Assembly (NCBI RefSeq): GCF_006345805.1
Contig: NC_043017.1
Span: 15,376,001 to 15,440,000 of the forward strand
DNA: 64,000 nucleotides
Direction: 5' to 3'
Source: Octopus sinensis
Lineage: Eukaryota
The notes below the pieces were generated by a model. The model had not been told where the DNA came from. It saw nothing but the letters and a program-made list of their open reading frames with translations, and did not search any database. Below, piece by piece: positions 42,040-54,707 of this stretch. Every line of letters begins with the position of its first letter. Position 1 is the first letter of the stretch. Position numbers and translations under genes: made by a program.

Positions 42040-43262
42040 TTCGTCATTCATACGTGCCATACTTGCTACATTCACCCATCATTTTTTAAAACATTCGCTA
42101 GACAAAACTTGTCTCTCTACGCTCACTTTCCTTTTCAAGTGATACTTGAAGAAGCTGATGAGAGATTGACCAGAGAGGAAAGCGTTTGTCTCCAATCCTT
42201 TCAGACGCGTCCACCAGATACATTCTTTCGCCATAGCCACAAGGATGATGAAAATAGTTCTTCCTTCCCGTTTGAAGGAAGGAGGCGTGACAATATTGAC
42301 GATAGACTCGGCTGATAAACCGACTCGTCCCACACGTGATAGCAGTTGTTCGACATAAGCCCACAGGTTGGAAATTGTTGGACACTGCACGATTGCATAC
42401 AGAACGGTTTCGTCGCTCTGACCGCATCTCGGGCAGGTCGGCCCCGTGTTTCTCGAGCCGTGTCTGTAGAGCTTATCCCGAACGGGTAGCGCTTCTCGGT
42501 AGCACTGCCAGGCCAGGGATCTCTGGAAGTTGTCCATGGGCCCTGGCCCGAAAGTCGTCCCGAACAGGCGGGTCGGGTATTCCTCGTCGACGTCCAGGTT
42601 CGCCCTGAGCGCGTCGTCGTACCTCACCTCCACTAATCCTCTATAGAATGCTTGAGTTGCTTGAGAGCAACGCGACACTCGCGGTGCCATTCGCCCTTCC
42701 TCGGCCTCATTTTGATCCACGACTGCAGTTCGGTCATGGAGACGAGTTGCGGGAAAGAGTGCCTCACAAACGGCGACCACACCTGTTCACCGTCGTCTAC
42801 GTAGAGCCTGAGATGTCGCAGTCTCAGCGCGTGTCTGCGCATCATCAACCACGGCATGCCCAGCCCTCCTTTTAACGGGTGTTGACCGCAAATGGATCGC
42901 CTGACCATCTCTCTCACTTTCCTCTATACTCTCACTTTCCTCTTCAAGTGATATTTGAAAGTTGAAGAGAGATTGACCAGAGAGGAAAGTGTTTGTCTCC
43001 AATCCTTTCAAACGCGTCCACCAGATACATTCTTTCGCCATATCCACAAGTATGATGAAAATAGCTCTTCCTTCCCGTTTGAAGGAAGGAGGCTGATAAA
43101 CCGACTCGTCCCACGCGTGATAGCAGTCGTCCGACATAAGCCCACAGGTAGGAGATTGTTGGACACTGCACGATTGCGTGCAGAACGGTTTCGTCGCTCT
43201 GACCGCATCTCGGGCAGGTCGGACTCGTGTTTCTCGAGCCATGCCTATAGAGCTTACCCCGA
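42040..43262 (-). pseudogene. Tx1 ORF2 C-terminus (post-RT GGLG region and zinc finger, the latter present twice); RT core missing
   Basis: HPLKGGLGMP is present. KLYRHGSRNT.PTCPRCGQSDETVL.AIVQC occurs at ~43250 and ~42470. Confidence 0.88.
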
Positions 43263-43767
43263 ACGTCTGAGCAGGTCTTTGAGGCGTTTGCACCCCCTCC
43301 TATTACTATCTCTGCCCACATAGTCTAGATGCGTGTCTAGAGTGGCGTTCCAGTCCCCCACTAAAAGTAAAGGTCGAGACGTTCCCAGGACAACCTCTAG
43401 ACGTCGAAAGAAATCTGGTCGGTCTGTTAAGGACGGTGCATAAACTGTTATCAGTCGAAAAGCACACTCATTGCTGCCATCGACATCCAAGACGACCAGC
43501 CTACCCTCCGGGTCTAAGGAAAATTGCTCTTACTTTGAAGTCCAGACTCTTCCGGGAAGCACCGCGGTGCCACCTCCGCCCATTCTTGGTAGACACGGAG
43601 AAAAATAAATGTGTGCCGAACATGTGCTGAAGTGCCCGCGGGCTGTGGAGTCTGGTCTCACTGATGGCTATGATATGCAGGTTTTGTGACTTGATGTCGT
43701 TTAACAGGTAGCCTTGTTTCCAAGGCGACCCCAAGTCACGTACATTTATACTGCCTATTTTGAGCAT
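43262..43767 (-). pseudogene. Tx1 ORF2 N-terminus: APE endonuclease, truncated
   Basis: MLKIGSINVR..IIAISET..RLITVYAPS..FF..LLLVGDWNA.LD. Confidence 0.9.
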
Positions 43768-43791
43768 GTTCCTATCGAAAGTTGTGAAAGT

Positions 43792-43831
<40 letters not shown>

Positions 43832-43859
43832 CTTACTGTCCGAAAATTCTTTGGTCTTC

Positions 43860-45675
43860 ACCTCACGGTCTTCTCCCAGAAAGGTTTTTGTACAGTTTTT
43901 TCGTCAAATATTTTTGAAATCTCCCAACTGCATCAGGGTAGAGAGATTTTAGGATGCTGTGTATGTTCTGTGTTACGTGTATGATTTTAATGTGTTGTGG
44001 TGGTGTTGTGCGTGGGTGATTATTTGTTTTGGTGTCATTTTCGGATATATCTGTGTTTGACCTAATGTATTCCATTAGGTCGGGGTTGTTTGTGTTTATG
44101 GCTGTCAACATTCTTGCGGGGTTTGGTGGTAGTGTATTTGTGTTGATGTGTTTGTTTTCTACGGTTTCGGGAGTGGTAAATCTCCCTGCTTTGCTTGTCT
44201 GCTTTTCTATTCTCTTTTTTCCCCTTTTTCTCCCCCCCCCCCATGGCTATTTGCCAATCCTCTGTGTCGTCTTCATTTGATGACATGTCAGAGGAATAAG
44301 AAAGTGGGAGGGGAAGTGTTTTGGGGGTCTATTTCTGACTGTGCTGTTGGTTATGGTTGGTGAGAGTTGGGGTGTGGTGTTTGGGTTTTTGGAAGTGGGG
44401 TATGGGTCTTCTTTGTTTTCTCTTCCTCCTTTGAAGTTGTTGGTGATGGTAGTGATGATGGTGTTGTTTCTGTTCTTGGTGACGCTGGTGGTGGTGTTGT
44501 TTGGTTGGGCTGACTTGTTGGTTGGTGATCTTTCATTTGTTCATATAGTTTCTTGATTAGTTGTGCATATGGCGGTGTGGGTAGTAGTGCTGGTTTTTGT
44601 ATGGTTTTTGGTTTTCTTGTGGTTGTTGTTGTTTTTCATGGTCTTGTTGTTGTTGTTGCTGTTGTTGTTTCTGTGCTAGTAGGCACTTATTTTTTAAATG
44701 TGTGTTGCTACCACAAACGTAGCAACGAGGCATTCTGCTTTCGACGGCCACATGTAAACTCGAACCGTTCCTCGATTGAATTCTATGTGGAATTTGCTCC
44801 TGGATCATTGGATTTATCTGAGCGAGGATATGAACTTCTCGGCCGATCCAGTGGTGATGGTCTACGATACCGATTTCCAAAATATTGATTTTGTCTTCGA
44901 TGTCGTAACATATGGCGGACACGGGCCATAATATTTCCAATTCAGGATGCACATTTTTTATTTAAATTTTTGTAACCCTACGGCAAAGGTATGTAGGTAT
45001 CATTACTAAATTCTCGAATTGGAGGGACTTTGTGGAGAGGTCCTTGGCTCTTTCTTCACTATCGAATCGCACTTCAATGGTGGCAAATTTGTTGCCTCTT
45101 GCGATATAGGTTTTAAAGGCCCATATGGGTTTTAAACATTTTTCGACATTTTCTAGTGTGGCGTTTTCGTATATCCTTGTTTTGAGTTTGAATGTTTTGT
45201 AGATAATTGGGTTTTTTTCGATTTTTTCTGTGATGTCTTGAGGTGGCTGTAGCTGTATGCTGAACTTGTCTTTTTTTAGCATTCCTTTGCAGGCAAGTAG
45301 TTCGTCCTTCGAAAAAGATCCGTAAGATTTTTTCAGCTTTAAAGCTGCGGCAAATTTTTTTTCGGCATTTGTGTTGGTTGTGGTGGTGGTGGCAGCAGTG
45401 GTAGAGCCAGTAGCAGTAACTGTAGCAGCAGAAGCGCTTTCTAAGGGCCGTGTGCGTTCACGCGGAACGGCTTTGTTTTCAGCTTCCTTCGCCTCTGGCA
45501 TTGGTAGAGGCGGGAAGTCGGCTCCGTGGTTTCGCATAGCCATACTTGACATTGTATCAGTGGAGTTATCAGTGGTAGTTTTGGTGTTGGTGGTGGTGGT
45601 GGTGTTGATTACAGTCTTATCATTCTTTGTAGCAGCGTCCCCGCTTACTGCCTCGACAATTCTTTCTCCTGTCAT
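43860..45675 (-). pseudogene. Tx1 ORF1 (gag-like), frameshifted
   Basis: ORFs 44962..45681 (IEVRFDSEERAKDL, RRM-like) and 44557..44952 (RCYVCGSNTHLKNKC, CX2CX4HX4C), followed by a Q/N/T-rich tail. Confidence 0.8.
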
Positions 45676-46144
45676 ACCCAAAGTAAGAAAATCCTTCTCA
45701 GAAAAAACGCAGAATACTGCTCAACAACAAGATTTCTCGACATTTTTTATCGAGAAATAAAAATCAATTATTGAAAGGTTGATGAAATGCCCCTAGGGAC
45801 AAATTCCACATTTAAAAACACCCAAACGAGAGTTGGGTGTTTGAAAAGTTCAAAACTCCGAAAATGTAAACAAATAGATGCAACTTAGAGAGAACGGCGT
45901 CTATGCGTTATGAGGAACGCGTCGGCGACATATGCAAAAATATGCTAGAGAAGCAAAATTTTTATATATAAACAAGGTTGAAATTGCCCCTAGGGGCAAA
46001 ATCCCCTCCGGAAAACACACCCAGACGAAAGCTCGGTCTCTTACACACTCCGTGTGCGAAAATTTGAAATGAAACTTTTGCAAAAAACAATAAAAAAGGC
46101 GATTGACTTACGAGCCGATCCAACAACAAACACTATCGATCGAG

Positions 46145-46318
<174 letters not shown>

Positions 46319-47724
46319 TCATTCGATTAGATTTACTTCAAACTTTCGACAGTGTCTACATTCGCCTGTCACAGTAACTTTTCTTTCAATTTGATATTCG
46401 CCACAGCCAGCCATTCTAATTAATATTCGATAGGAAGTAATACTCTGTAAGTAAAGCGCATTAGATATCGTTGAGCTTCCTAAATATTTATTCTACTCAA
46501 GCATATTGTAATTCTAATTAGAGACGTCTGAAGATGACACCGGTGTTTAGGTAATTCTTCGCCGCTCATTAAAATTTGTTTTGCATATTTTAACGTAGAA
46601 GAAACTCTGTACTTATATGTATGATCGGTGTGCGTGTGTGTATGTGTGTATTTATAAGTATGCATATGTATATGTGTAAGTATGTACGAGATGAAACGTG
46701 TTGCGGAATGTTGTGAGTCTGTGAAGTGTCTTCCTGTGGCGGCTACGAAGAAGTCTATTTCCTATGACCAGTCTGATCATGTTTGGTTCTCCAAGACAGG
46801 ACTAGACAGCCATAAACGCAGTCACAGAAACATCCCGCTCTGCCAATATGATATCAAGCATCAGCCCTTGTACACGTCGGTTGTTGATCAACCAATTATA
46901 AACCGAAACATCTTGATCAGGGGTTCACATCCATTTTTACCTAAGGACCTCTTTGATTCCTAATTTACTCGGATGGACCCTCGTAGCCATCCGATATTTT
47001 TAAAAAACACTATTATATTTTTATGATTAAATATTATCAGGAATTGTATTAAAAAGAATTGTCAAATTATTTTGTGTATTGTAGAAGTATATCTGATGTA
47101 TTGCAGATAAATTTTAAGAACAAAATCTTATGTGGAACCCCAAGTGTCATATAGACCCCGGTTGAAAAGCTCTGATCTAGATGGTCCGGCTGATGCGGGA
47201 AAATACCGAAAACGAATTTGAAATCAATGTAGAATAAGTTGCAAGGCTCTGGCAGGCCTTGAGAGCTTTATCAGACCATCACGGGTAAAAAGGAAATCAA
47301 ACAAAGTGTTTGTTAGAAAGAAATCAGTTTAAGATGTGGTCTTGGTCACGAGTCGACATCCGCCATGCATGTTTGTATGTGTGTGTGTTAGTAAGGGGAG
47401 CTTATCATATATTTAACCATGATTCTGAAGGAGAGGCAACATCCATAAATTTGATGCAAGAACTCCGAGGCCAGTGAACGAAAGGAAAAAAAGAGAACAT
47501 GGACCAAGGTAGAGACTCGAAATGCCATGTCAAAACTCGCACTCACAGGAAAGTAAATCTTAATAACAACTGAACTGAAATTGCCCCCCCCCCCACTCCT
47601 TTTTATGTGATACAACCCGAATTGAACAAATGGACATAACCTGCTCAGTAATCTGGTTCACTTTAAATTAGCTGATGATTGTACGACGTAACACGAAACC
47701 CATGGGTAGAAAATTAGCACTTAC

Positions 47725-47938
47725 ATTAATCTTTTACATGTTTCAGTCATTGGACTGCGGCCATACAGGGACGCCACCTTACAGAGTTTAATAAATTGTT
47801 CCTGCTACTTATGACTTTTTTTTTTTAATTCTAGTGCTTCTTCTTTTACCGAACTGCTATGCTGCAGGGAGGCAAACAAACCAATGTCGGTTGTCAAACA
47901 GTGTGGGACAAAAATAAGCACAAAGATACATAAACACA

Positions 47939-47986
<48 letters not shown>

Positions 47987-47990
47987 ACAC

Positions 47991-48042
<52 letters not shown>

Positions 48043-48212
48043 TGTTTATAAACGACAGTCCTCCAAACATTTTCCTTCTACGAAATTCCCTAACAGTGCG
48101 TTGGTCGGTCCCCGGGCCGATAGTAGAAGATGCTCAAGGTGTCTCACAACGGGACTGAACCTGGAATCATGTTTCGGAAGCGAGTTTCTGAAGCACACAG
48201 TTATGCCTGCGC
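47725..48212 (-). mobile_element. SINE family 2 with internal (CA)n(TA)n
   Basis: catgtttcagtcattggactgcggccat..ggttgtcaa..gggactgaacctggaatcatgt..cacacagttatgcctgcgc. Confidence 0.8.
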
Positions 48213-48239
48213 TTGGCTTGGCTTCATGCTCCTGCTTGA

Positions 48240-48480
48240 TGGGGCTGGGCTCATTCCAGGTTAGTTGTCCCAGATCTTCCCCAGCCATGTCTAACCATCT
48301 GGTGTGGCGCCTGCGACGAGGCCGCTTCCAGCTTACCATCTTTCCAACAGAGAAGTGCGAGCACGCACGCATCAGCCCGCAGCTTCCCACCTTATAGCCA
48401 TCCGTTGCATGCGCTGGTGCGGACATGTCCTCCGCACCCGCTACATCATCCGACCAGGGCGTTGCTCTCATTATGCCAGC
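48240..48480. mobile_element. RTE-type LINE fragment with internal inversion
   Basis: Plus strand 48334-48480 encodes SNREVRART..RWCGHVLR. Minus strand 48333-48260 encodes WKRPRRRRHTRWLD..EDL. Confidence 0.75.
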
Positions 48481-49229
48481 GCCTCTATCAATATCATATT
48501 TCCAAGAAAATTTTGTGTGTGTTGTTCCAGTGAAGACACGTGATCTGGAGGTTAGAGGGATCGACTCACTGTCGACCGAGCAATGATGCATTGTCTCCTT
48601 CGACAAGATACTTCATTTTTCATTGCTCCAATTTGCTCGGCTGAAATGAGTAACCAAACGAGATCTGAGACATCTCGCTATCACTCTCTCACCCTCTCTC
48701 TCCCTCTCTCTCTCTCCCTTTCCCTTTCCACCTCCCATTCTCTATTTCATTCCCTCGCATTTTCTCTCTTCCTCTATCTCTCAATCCCCCTCTCTCACTC
48801 TCTTCATCTCTCTCTCTCTCGTTTTCTCTCTCTTTCAATTTCCTTCTTATTTTCTCTCTCTCATTCCCTCGCCTACCCTCTCTCTCTCTCTCTCCCTCTC
48901 TCTCTCTCTCTCCCCCTCTCTCTCTCTCCCCCTCTCTCTCTCTCCCTCCCTCTCTCTACTTCAGCTGTCTCATCATCCTCGTTCTGCTAAGTCAAAGATG
49001 TTAGGAGTGCCGAGAACGTCTCTGTGCCTCGTACTAACTACAAAGACACCTATAACAATTCTTATTATCTATCATTGCTGATTATTGTATTATTGTTTAT
49101 TTGTTTATATCATAACACGCTCTACTCTCTATATTGAGCACTCTTTGTCAATACTAAATATGCATACATTGTGTGATATATTCAGAAATATTCCTACATA
49201 AATATATTGCATCAGTTATAGACCAGCAA

Positions 49230-49592
49230 GGGTTAATCTACTTGGAAGTTCGCTTTGCAACCATGGGGTTCTAAGTTCAATCCTCCCATGGAGCACCTTG
49301 GGCACATATCATCTAATATAGCTACGACCAGGCCAATATGATATGCTAAATATTGTAGGCGGAAATTGTGTTGAAGACCCCTCCCTCATATAAGAATATG
49401 TGTGTGTTTGTCTCACATCGCTTTTTTAAGTCCTCGTGATCTAGTAGTTCGGCAAAAAGCCACCGACTGAATAAATATTATACAGACAATTAAGTATTGA
49501 GGTCCATGTGATTTGCCGAAAACCACTGCTGAAACTGGTGCCCCAGCATGGCCGCAGTCCAATGAGTGCAACAAATTAAAGAAAGTAAAAGA
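49230..49592 (+). mobile_element. SINE family 2, old copy
   Basis: gttcaatcc..caccttgggca..agttcggcaaaa..ggtgccccagcatggccgcagtccaatga. Confidence 0.7.
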
Positions 49593-51267
49593 ATGTTTTA
49601 AAATTTAAAAGCAAAATAATTCGTATTTCAAATTTATTTCATGAAATTTTGTAAATATATTCTTTATTAAATGCTACCCGTTTGTAAAAATAATTCACGG
49701 CTTACGGGTCCAAATAACGGGTGAGGTTCAGGGTACGAGAGTGTATCAGCTTCGCAAATGTATTTCTCCAAATTTCCTCGGAAGCACATTATGGTTTATA
49801 AACACAAAGAGAGCGGACATGTTGAATATTAACAAGCTCGGGTGGAAACGGCGGGGGTGCCGAATCTGATTAGAATAAAATAGACTCTTTCACTTTACAA
49901 ACTGTATATCGATCTATTATGTGTCTAGGATAAGTCAACCTCTCACATATCGATCACTTTACAATCGATACATAGAGTAAAAGCTGAACTCTGTGATTAA
50001 TAAATGTTTCAAGTTCAATAGAAAGGGGGCACTTAAATGTGAAGATGGCAGCCATCAGCGCCTGATGGCTGTCATCTTCAAGAGTCCGAACAACAGAAGA
50101 AGTCAGCCATGGCGGTTTCGGTAAATTTGATTTAAGGAGGAAACCGACAGGAAATGACAATTCACGATTGATGGAGATTGTCGATGCATTGTGGTCGCAT
50201 AGGTCGAAGCAATCCGAAACGCTACCATCAGGCGCCGGATTCGATCCCACGCCCTAAGCAGATAAAAATCGTCAAGTATAACTGTACTCCACACGCTCTC
50301 TCTCTCTCTCTCTCTTTTTCTCTCTCTCTCTCTCTCTCTCACTCACTCTCTCCCTCTCTCTTCCTCTCTCTCTCTCTCTCACTCACTATCCCCCCCTCTC
50401 TCTCTCTTAATATCCACCTGACATACACTTCCACTGGTACACCTGTACTCTTCCCTTTCAGTTGTCTCTTTTTACTGACATACGATTCCACGGCCGTTTG
50501 TTACCTGTCTTTCGCTCTATTTTAAACACAATCTCCATGACAAAATCCTCCCTAACTCTTATGAATGTTAAAATCATCGGAAAGTTTAAAAAAGGAAAAC
50601 ATAATTCTGTAAAAAAGAAAGCAAGAACATTTGGAAAATGTTGAAAGTTCCTGGGAATATCATTATCTGAAGTTACCGAGTTCTCTGATTCTGTGAAAAC
50701 CAAATTAAAAATAAACGTAATCCATTGGAAACGGTATTTGCTGCTGGTTATTTCGGCAGCAAACTTTTTCTCCCAATCCCAAATTTTCTGCACGGCATTC
50801 TGGGTTTACCATTGCAACCAACCTAAGTACAGAGTACAAGATTTAGAAAAACAGGGGAAAAAAACAACAAAATAATAAAATAATAAATAAAATAATGGTT
50901 TTAAAGCTGAAGACGAACTGATTCTTTAATGATGGTATTTTAAACTGAAAAGAAGAGAAACAAGAAAACAGCAAAGAAACAGAATCTTGGAGAATCTTCA
51001 TTTCAAAGAAAAGACATTCCTCTGTAAAAGCTATTTTCAAAATTCATTTAGAATTTTCTGCTCTTAACAATTTTCTGAATTGTTGCTTAATGGCGGATTG
51101 GTTTAGTGTTTTGTGTGTTTGTAGTGGTTGCTGCTGCTGCTACTGCTACTACTATTGTTTGTTTGTTTTTCGTTTTGCTTTCAATAAAAAAAAATACGAC
51201 ATGGACATGTTGAAAGGATAGTCAGACAATGTGTGTGTTTAAATATAGAAGTTGTCTATGTATATAC

Positions 51268-51368
<101 letters not shown>

Positions 51369-51661
51369 GCGTGTCGATGTTGATAAGGTGTGTGCATAGA
51401 GTGTGTTGGTGTTGAGACATGTCTACGTAGAGAGTGTAGAGCCTTGTGAGTGGATTTGGTCAGCGGAAACCGAAAGAAACATGTCGGGTGTATATGTCTA
51501 TGTCTATGTGTGTGTCTACGTGTTTGTGTTTGTCCCCCCAGCACCGCTTGGCAACCGGTGTTGGCGTTTTTACGTCCCTGCAATAAGTACGAGACTTTTA
51601 AAAAGTTAATACTGAGGTAGCTTTGTTCCGTCCCAGTCCAGTGATTGAAACAACTAAAAAA

Positions 51662-51704
<43 letters not shown>

Positions 51705-51798
51705 ATCCAAACAAGAAAGCACAAAAAAACACAACAACGCGAGGACGTGGAACAAATATGGTATTATTGGACGCTCAGGAAAGAAGGAAAGAAGGAGG

Positions 51799-51833
51799 GT
51801 CTAACTTTTCGAGCGGAGCTCTTCGTCGGAAAC
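51799..51833 (-). ncRNA. Degenerate minimal hammerhead motif in the Penelope pLTR
   Basis: GUUU-CCGACGA-A-GAGC(UCC)GCUC-GAAA-AGUU-AGAC. Core U4 is changed to C and the stem III palindrome is broken. Confidence 0.5.
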
Positions 51834-52055
51834 ATAGGAGAAGGAAAGATCCAGAGAAGGGAAGATGGAGAAAAGAAAATCGCCAACGGTACACACGAGG
51901 TTACATTTTGAAAGACCGGAAGAAAAAGGGTGAAGAAAGATGTTTTCAAAGACAGAAGAGTAGTATAGTCAAAGACAGCAGAATGGTAGGAGGGGGAATG
52001 TGTGTGTCTGTGTGGATATGTGAGTGCGCGGAGGTCTGCGTGTGCGTGTGTGTGT

Positions 52056-52254
52056 GTATGTGTGCAATGATGACACGTGTGTGTGGTGTGTGTGTGTGTG
52101 TATGTGTGCAATGATGACACGTGTGTGTGTGTGTGTGTGTATGTGTGCAATGATGACACGTGTGTGTGTGTGTGGTGTGTGTGTGTGTGTGTGTGTATGT
52201 GTGCAATGATGACACGTGTGTGTGTGTGTGTGTGTATGTGTGCAATGATGACAC

Positions 52255-52285
<31 letters not shown>

Positions 52286-52293
52286 CAATGATG
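52056..52293. repeat. Minisatellite: constant atgtgtgcaatgatgacac units separated by variable (GT)n, 6 units
   Basis: Units near 52058, 52102, 52141, 52197, 52236 and 52279 (partial). Confidence 0.9.
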
Positions 52294-53016
52294 GGGAAAG
52301 AAGGGGGGAAGAAGAGAGGGTGCTACAGACCAGGAGATTTCGTAGATTCCGGGCTCGTTTGAAGGAGGACAGGGGTGGGTTGGGGAAAATGGGGCGGGTC
52401 GTGGGATCGAGCTGGAGACGACGGAAGGCACGTAGTATCTTCCGACGAAGGGGTAGAGTGGAGGGGTGGAAAGGGAGGGGAAGGGGGTGTGGTTGGGGGT
52501 TTGTGAGAGGTGGTGCGGTCGATGCGACGAGCGCGGGCAAGGGCGTTCAAGACCAGGGTTGGTGGGTATCCTCGATGCCTGAACAGGCGGGCCAGGTACT
52601 GAGACTGGGTCTCGAAATCCTGGTCGCGGCTGCACAAGCGTCGGAGGCGGAGGTACTGGGAGTAGGGGATGGCCCGTTTGGTGTGGAAGGGATGGGGGGA
52701 GGAGAAGTTGAGATAGAGGTGGGAATCAGTGGGTTTGAAGAAGGTGGAGGTGGTGAGAGAGTGGGAGGGGTGGTCGATGCTAAGAGAGATATCACGGAAG
52801 TTAACAGAGGTATTGGAGATGGTGGAAGAGAATTGGAGAGAGGAGTGGAAGTTAGAGAGGAAAGAGATGAAGTGGCAGAGTTGTTCGCGACACATATGTG
52901 TGTGTGTGTATACATACACACACACGCACACATACACATATGCAGATATAGTATGCGAATGTTAAATATATAAGTGTATGTGTATATATTTACATATATA
53001 CATATATTCATATATA

Positions 53017-54165
53017 TTCTAGCTGAATAACCCGTCGTTGCCGGGCAATTTTTACAATATCTTATATAAATTTTTATTCATTCCATGTCAGAGCATACTT
53101 TCCCCGACAGATAAGCCGCTTGATCAGGACAGATTTAAGCAATTTTTTTCACAAAAACTTCGTTGGGGATTTTTCCTTTTAAAATTATTGACATGTCTGT
53201 TCGACTGTGTCACATGACTTTATCCATTAAAACTTCAGAAGTTCTTACGACTCAGATCGTCGTATTGCTTTGCTTTCATTTGTTTAATAAAAATTCCTCC
53301 TCCTAATGATTTTGCTTTCATTTCGTTATAGACAGCTATCATGCAGAAAATGCCAGCTTCCAAACCTTGTTTTCTCATTGGGCAAAATTGATTAAGCTTT
53401 AAACCTCAGTAACATTCTTCTGCTATTTCCCTGGAACAAATAAATAGCAAAATCGGATTTAACGAGGTAAATGATTTCAATATTCCAAATTTGAAAATCT
53501 CACAGCATGTGACAACAACAGGGAGGACCCTACAAAAGTAGAGAGACAGACAGTTATAGGACGTCACGCACACACACACACACACATATACACACAAACA
53601 CAAATTTACAAACGTACACACAGGCACAGGTAATCACGAGTTTAAAATGGTGTACAGTAGACATATGTATTTATGTATGTACGTATGTATGTATATATGT
53701 GTATGTATGTGTGTGTGAGTGTTTTTTGCGATGGACAGCAGAAAAGCCAACAACCCCATCTCTCCTTAACGCTACGTAATCCGCACACCCACCTTTCTCT
53801 GTGTGTATGTGTGTGTGTGTGTGTGTTGTATCTATGTAATTTACGAAAGTATGTGTGTAGCATCGCGTGTATGTGACAGCTGTATTAACGTTATCATCCC
53901 ATTCCTACTGCTGTCCTCGCTTTCACTGATATAAGTCACCCTCTCTCTGCTACTACCTTTCCCTCAGACACATACTTTTTGTAATCTTCCTATTTTATCA
54001 TATAATTCGCCCCTGGGGAGCACATTATAGATTTTTGTTGAAATCTAATTAGCCTATTATTGAACTGGATGTTAGTGTAACATGTATGCAAAGTTTCGTG
54101 TATATTGATTCGATGGTTTGGGCACTAAAGAGGATAACAGACAGACAAATGTTGCCGTTTATATA
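53017..54165. mobile_element. Helitron/Helentron-like non-autonomous element(s)
   Basis: Starts ctagctgaataacccgtcgttgccgggc and ends gcaaagtttcg..acagacagacaaatgttgccgtttatatat. The interior may be composite. Confidence 0.45.
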
Positions 54166-54226
54166 TGTGTGTGTGTCTGTGTGTATGTGCGTGTGTGTGT
54201 GTGTCTGTCTGTCTGTCTGTGAATTT

Positions 54227-54263
<37 letters not shown>

Positions 54264-54313
54264 CATATATATATGTGCTTGTGTGAGTGTGTGTGCGTAT
54301 GTATGTGTGTGTA

Positions 54314-54472
54314 TGTTGTGGAACGATTCTAACCACCCCTCAAGTGGCTAAAAGATGAACTGACACATTGTTATAAAACAAGAACTGCTATTCGCACACA
54401 GTTCTTTGTTTTATAACAATGAGTCAGTCCACCTTTTAGTCACTTGAAGAGTGGTTGGTATCTTTCCACAAC
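54314..54472. repeat. ~160 bp palindromic fold-back (MITE-like)
   Basis: Arm 54314-54386 pairs with 54398-54472 around an 11 nt loop. Confidence 0.9.
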
Positions 54473-54707
54473 GGTGGCGGAGAGCTGGCAGAAACGTTAG
54501 CACGTCGGGTGAAATGCTTAGCGGTATTTCGTCTGCCGTTACGTTGTGAGTTCAAATTCCGCCGAGGTCGACTTTACCTTTCATCCTTTCGGGGTCGATA
54601 AATTAGGTACCAGTTGCGCACTGGGGTCGATGTAATCGACTTAATACCTATGTCTGTCCTTGTTTGTCCCCCCTATGTTTAGCCCCTTGTGAGTAATAAA
54701 GAAATAC
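54473..54707 (+). mobile_element. SINE family 1, full length, tail B, with 15 bp target-site duplication
   Basis: TSD gtatctttccacaac at 54458-54472 and 54708-54722. Confidence 0.93.

Larger units (their letters stand above)
51700..52890 (-). mobile_element. Penelope-like element fragment: RT C-terminal region plus pLTR, no GIY-YIG visible
   Basis: LSNFHSSLQFS..VNFRDISL..FKPTDSHLYLNFSSPHP..KRAIPYSQYLRLRRLCS..RGYP..LPFHP..SFKRARNLRNLLV (ORF 52323..52937 plus a frameshift). Confidence 0.9.

Noticed and set aside
52056-52293. Constant repeat with variable spacers as a CRISPR-like array
   Set aside because: The spacers are only (GT)n length variants.
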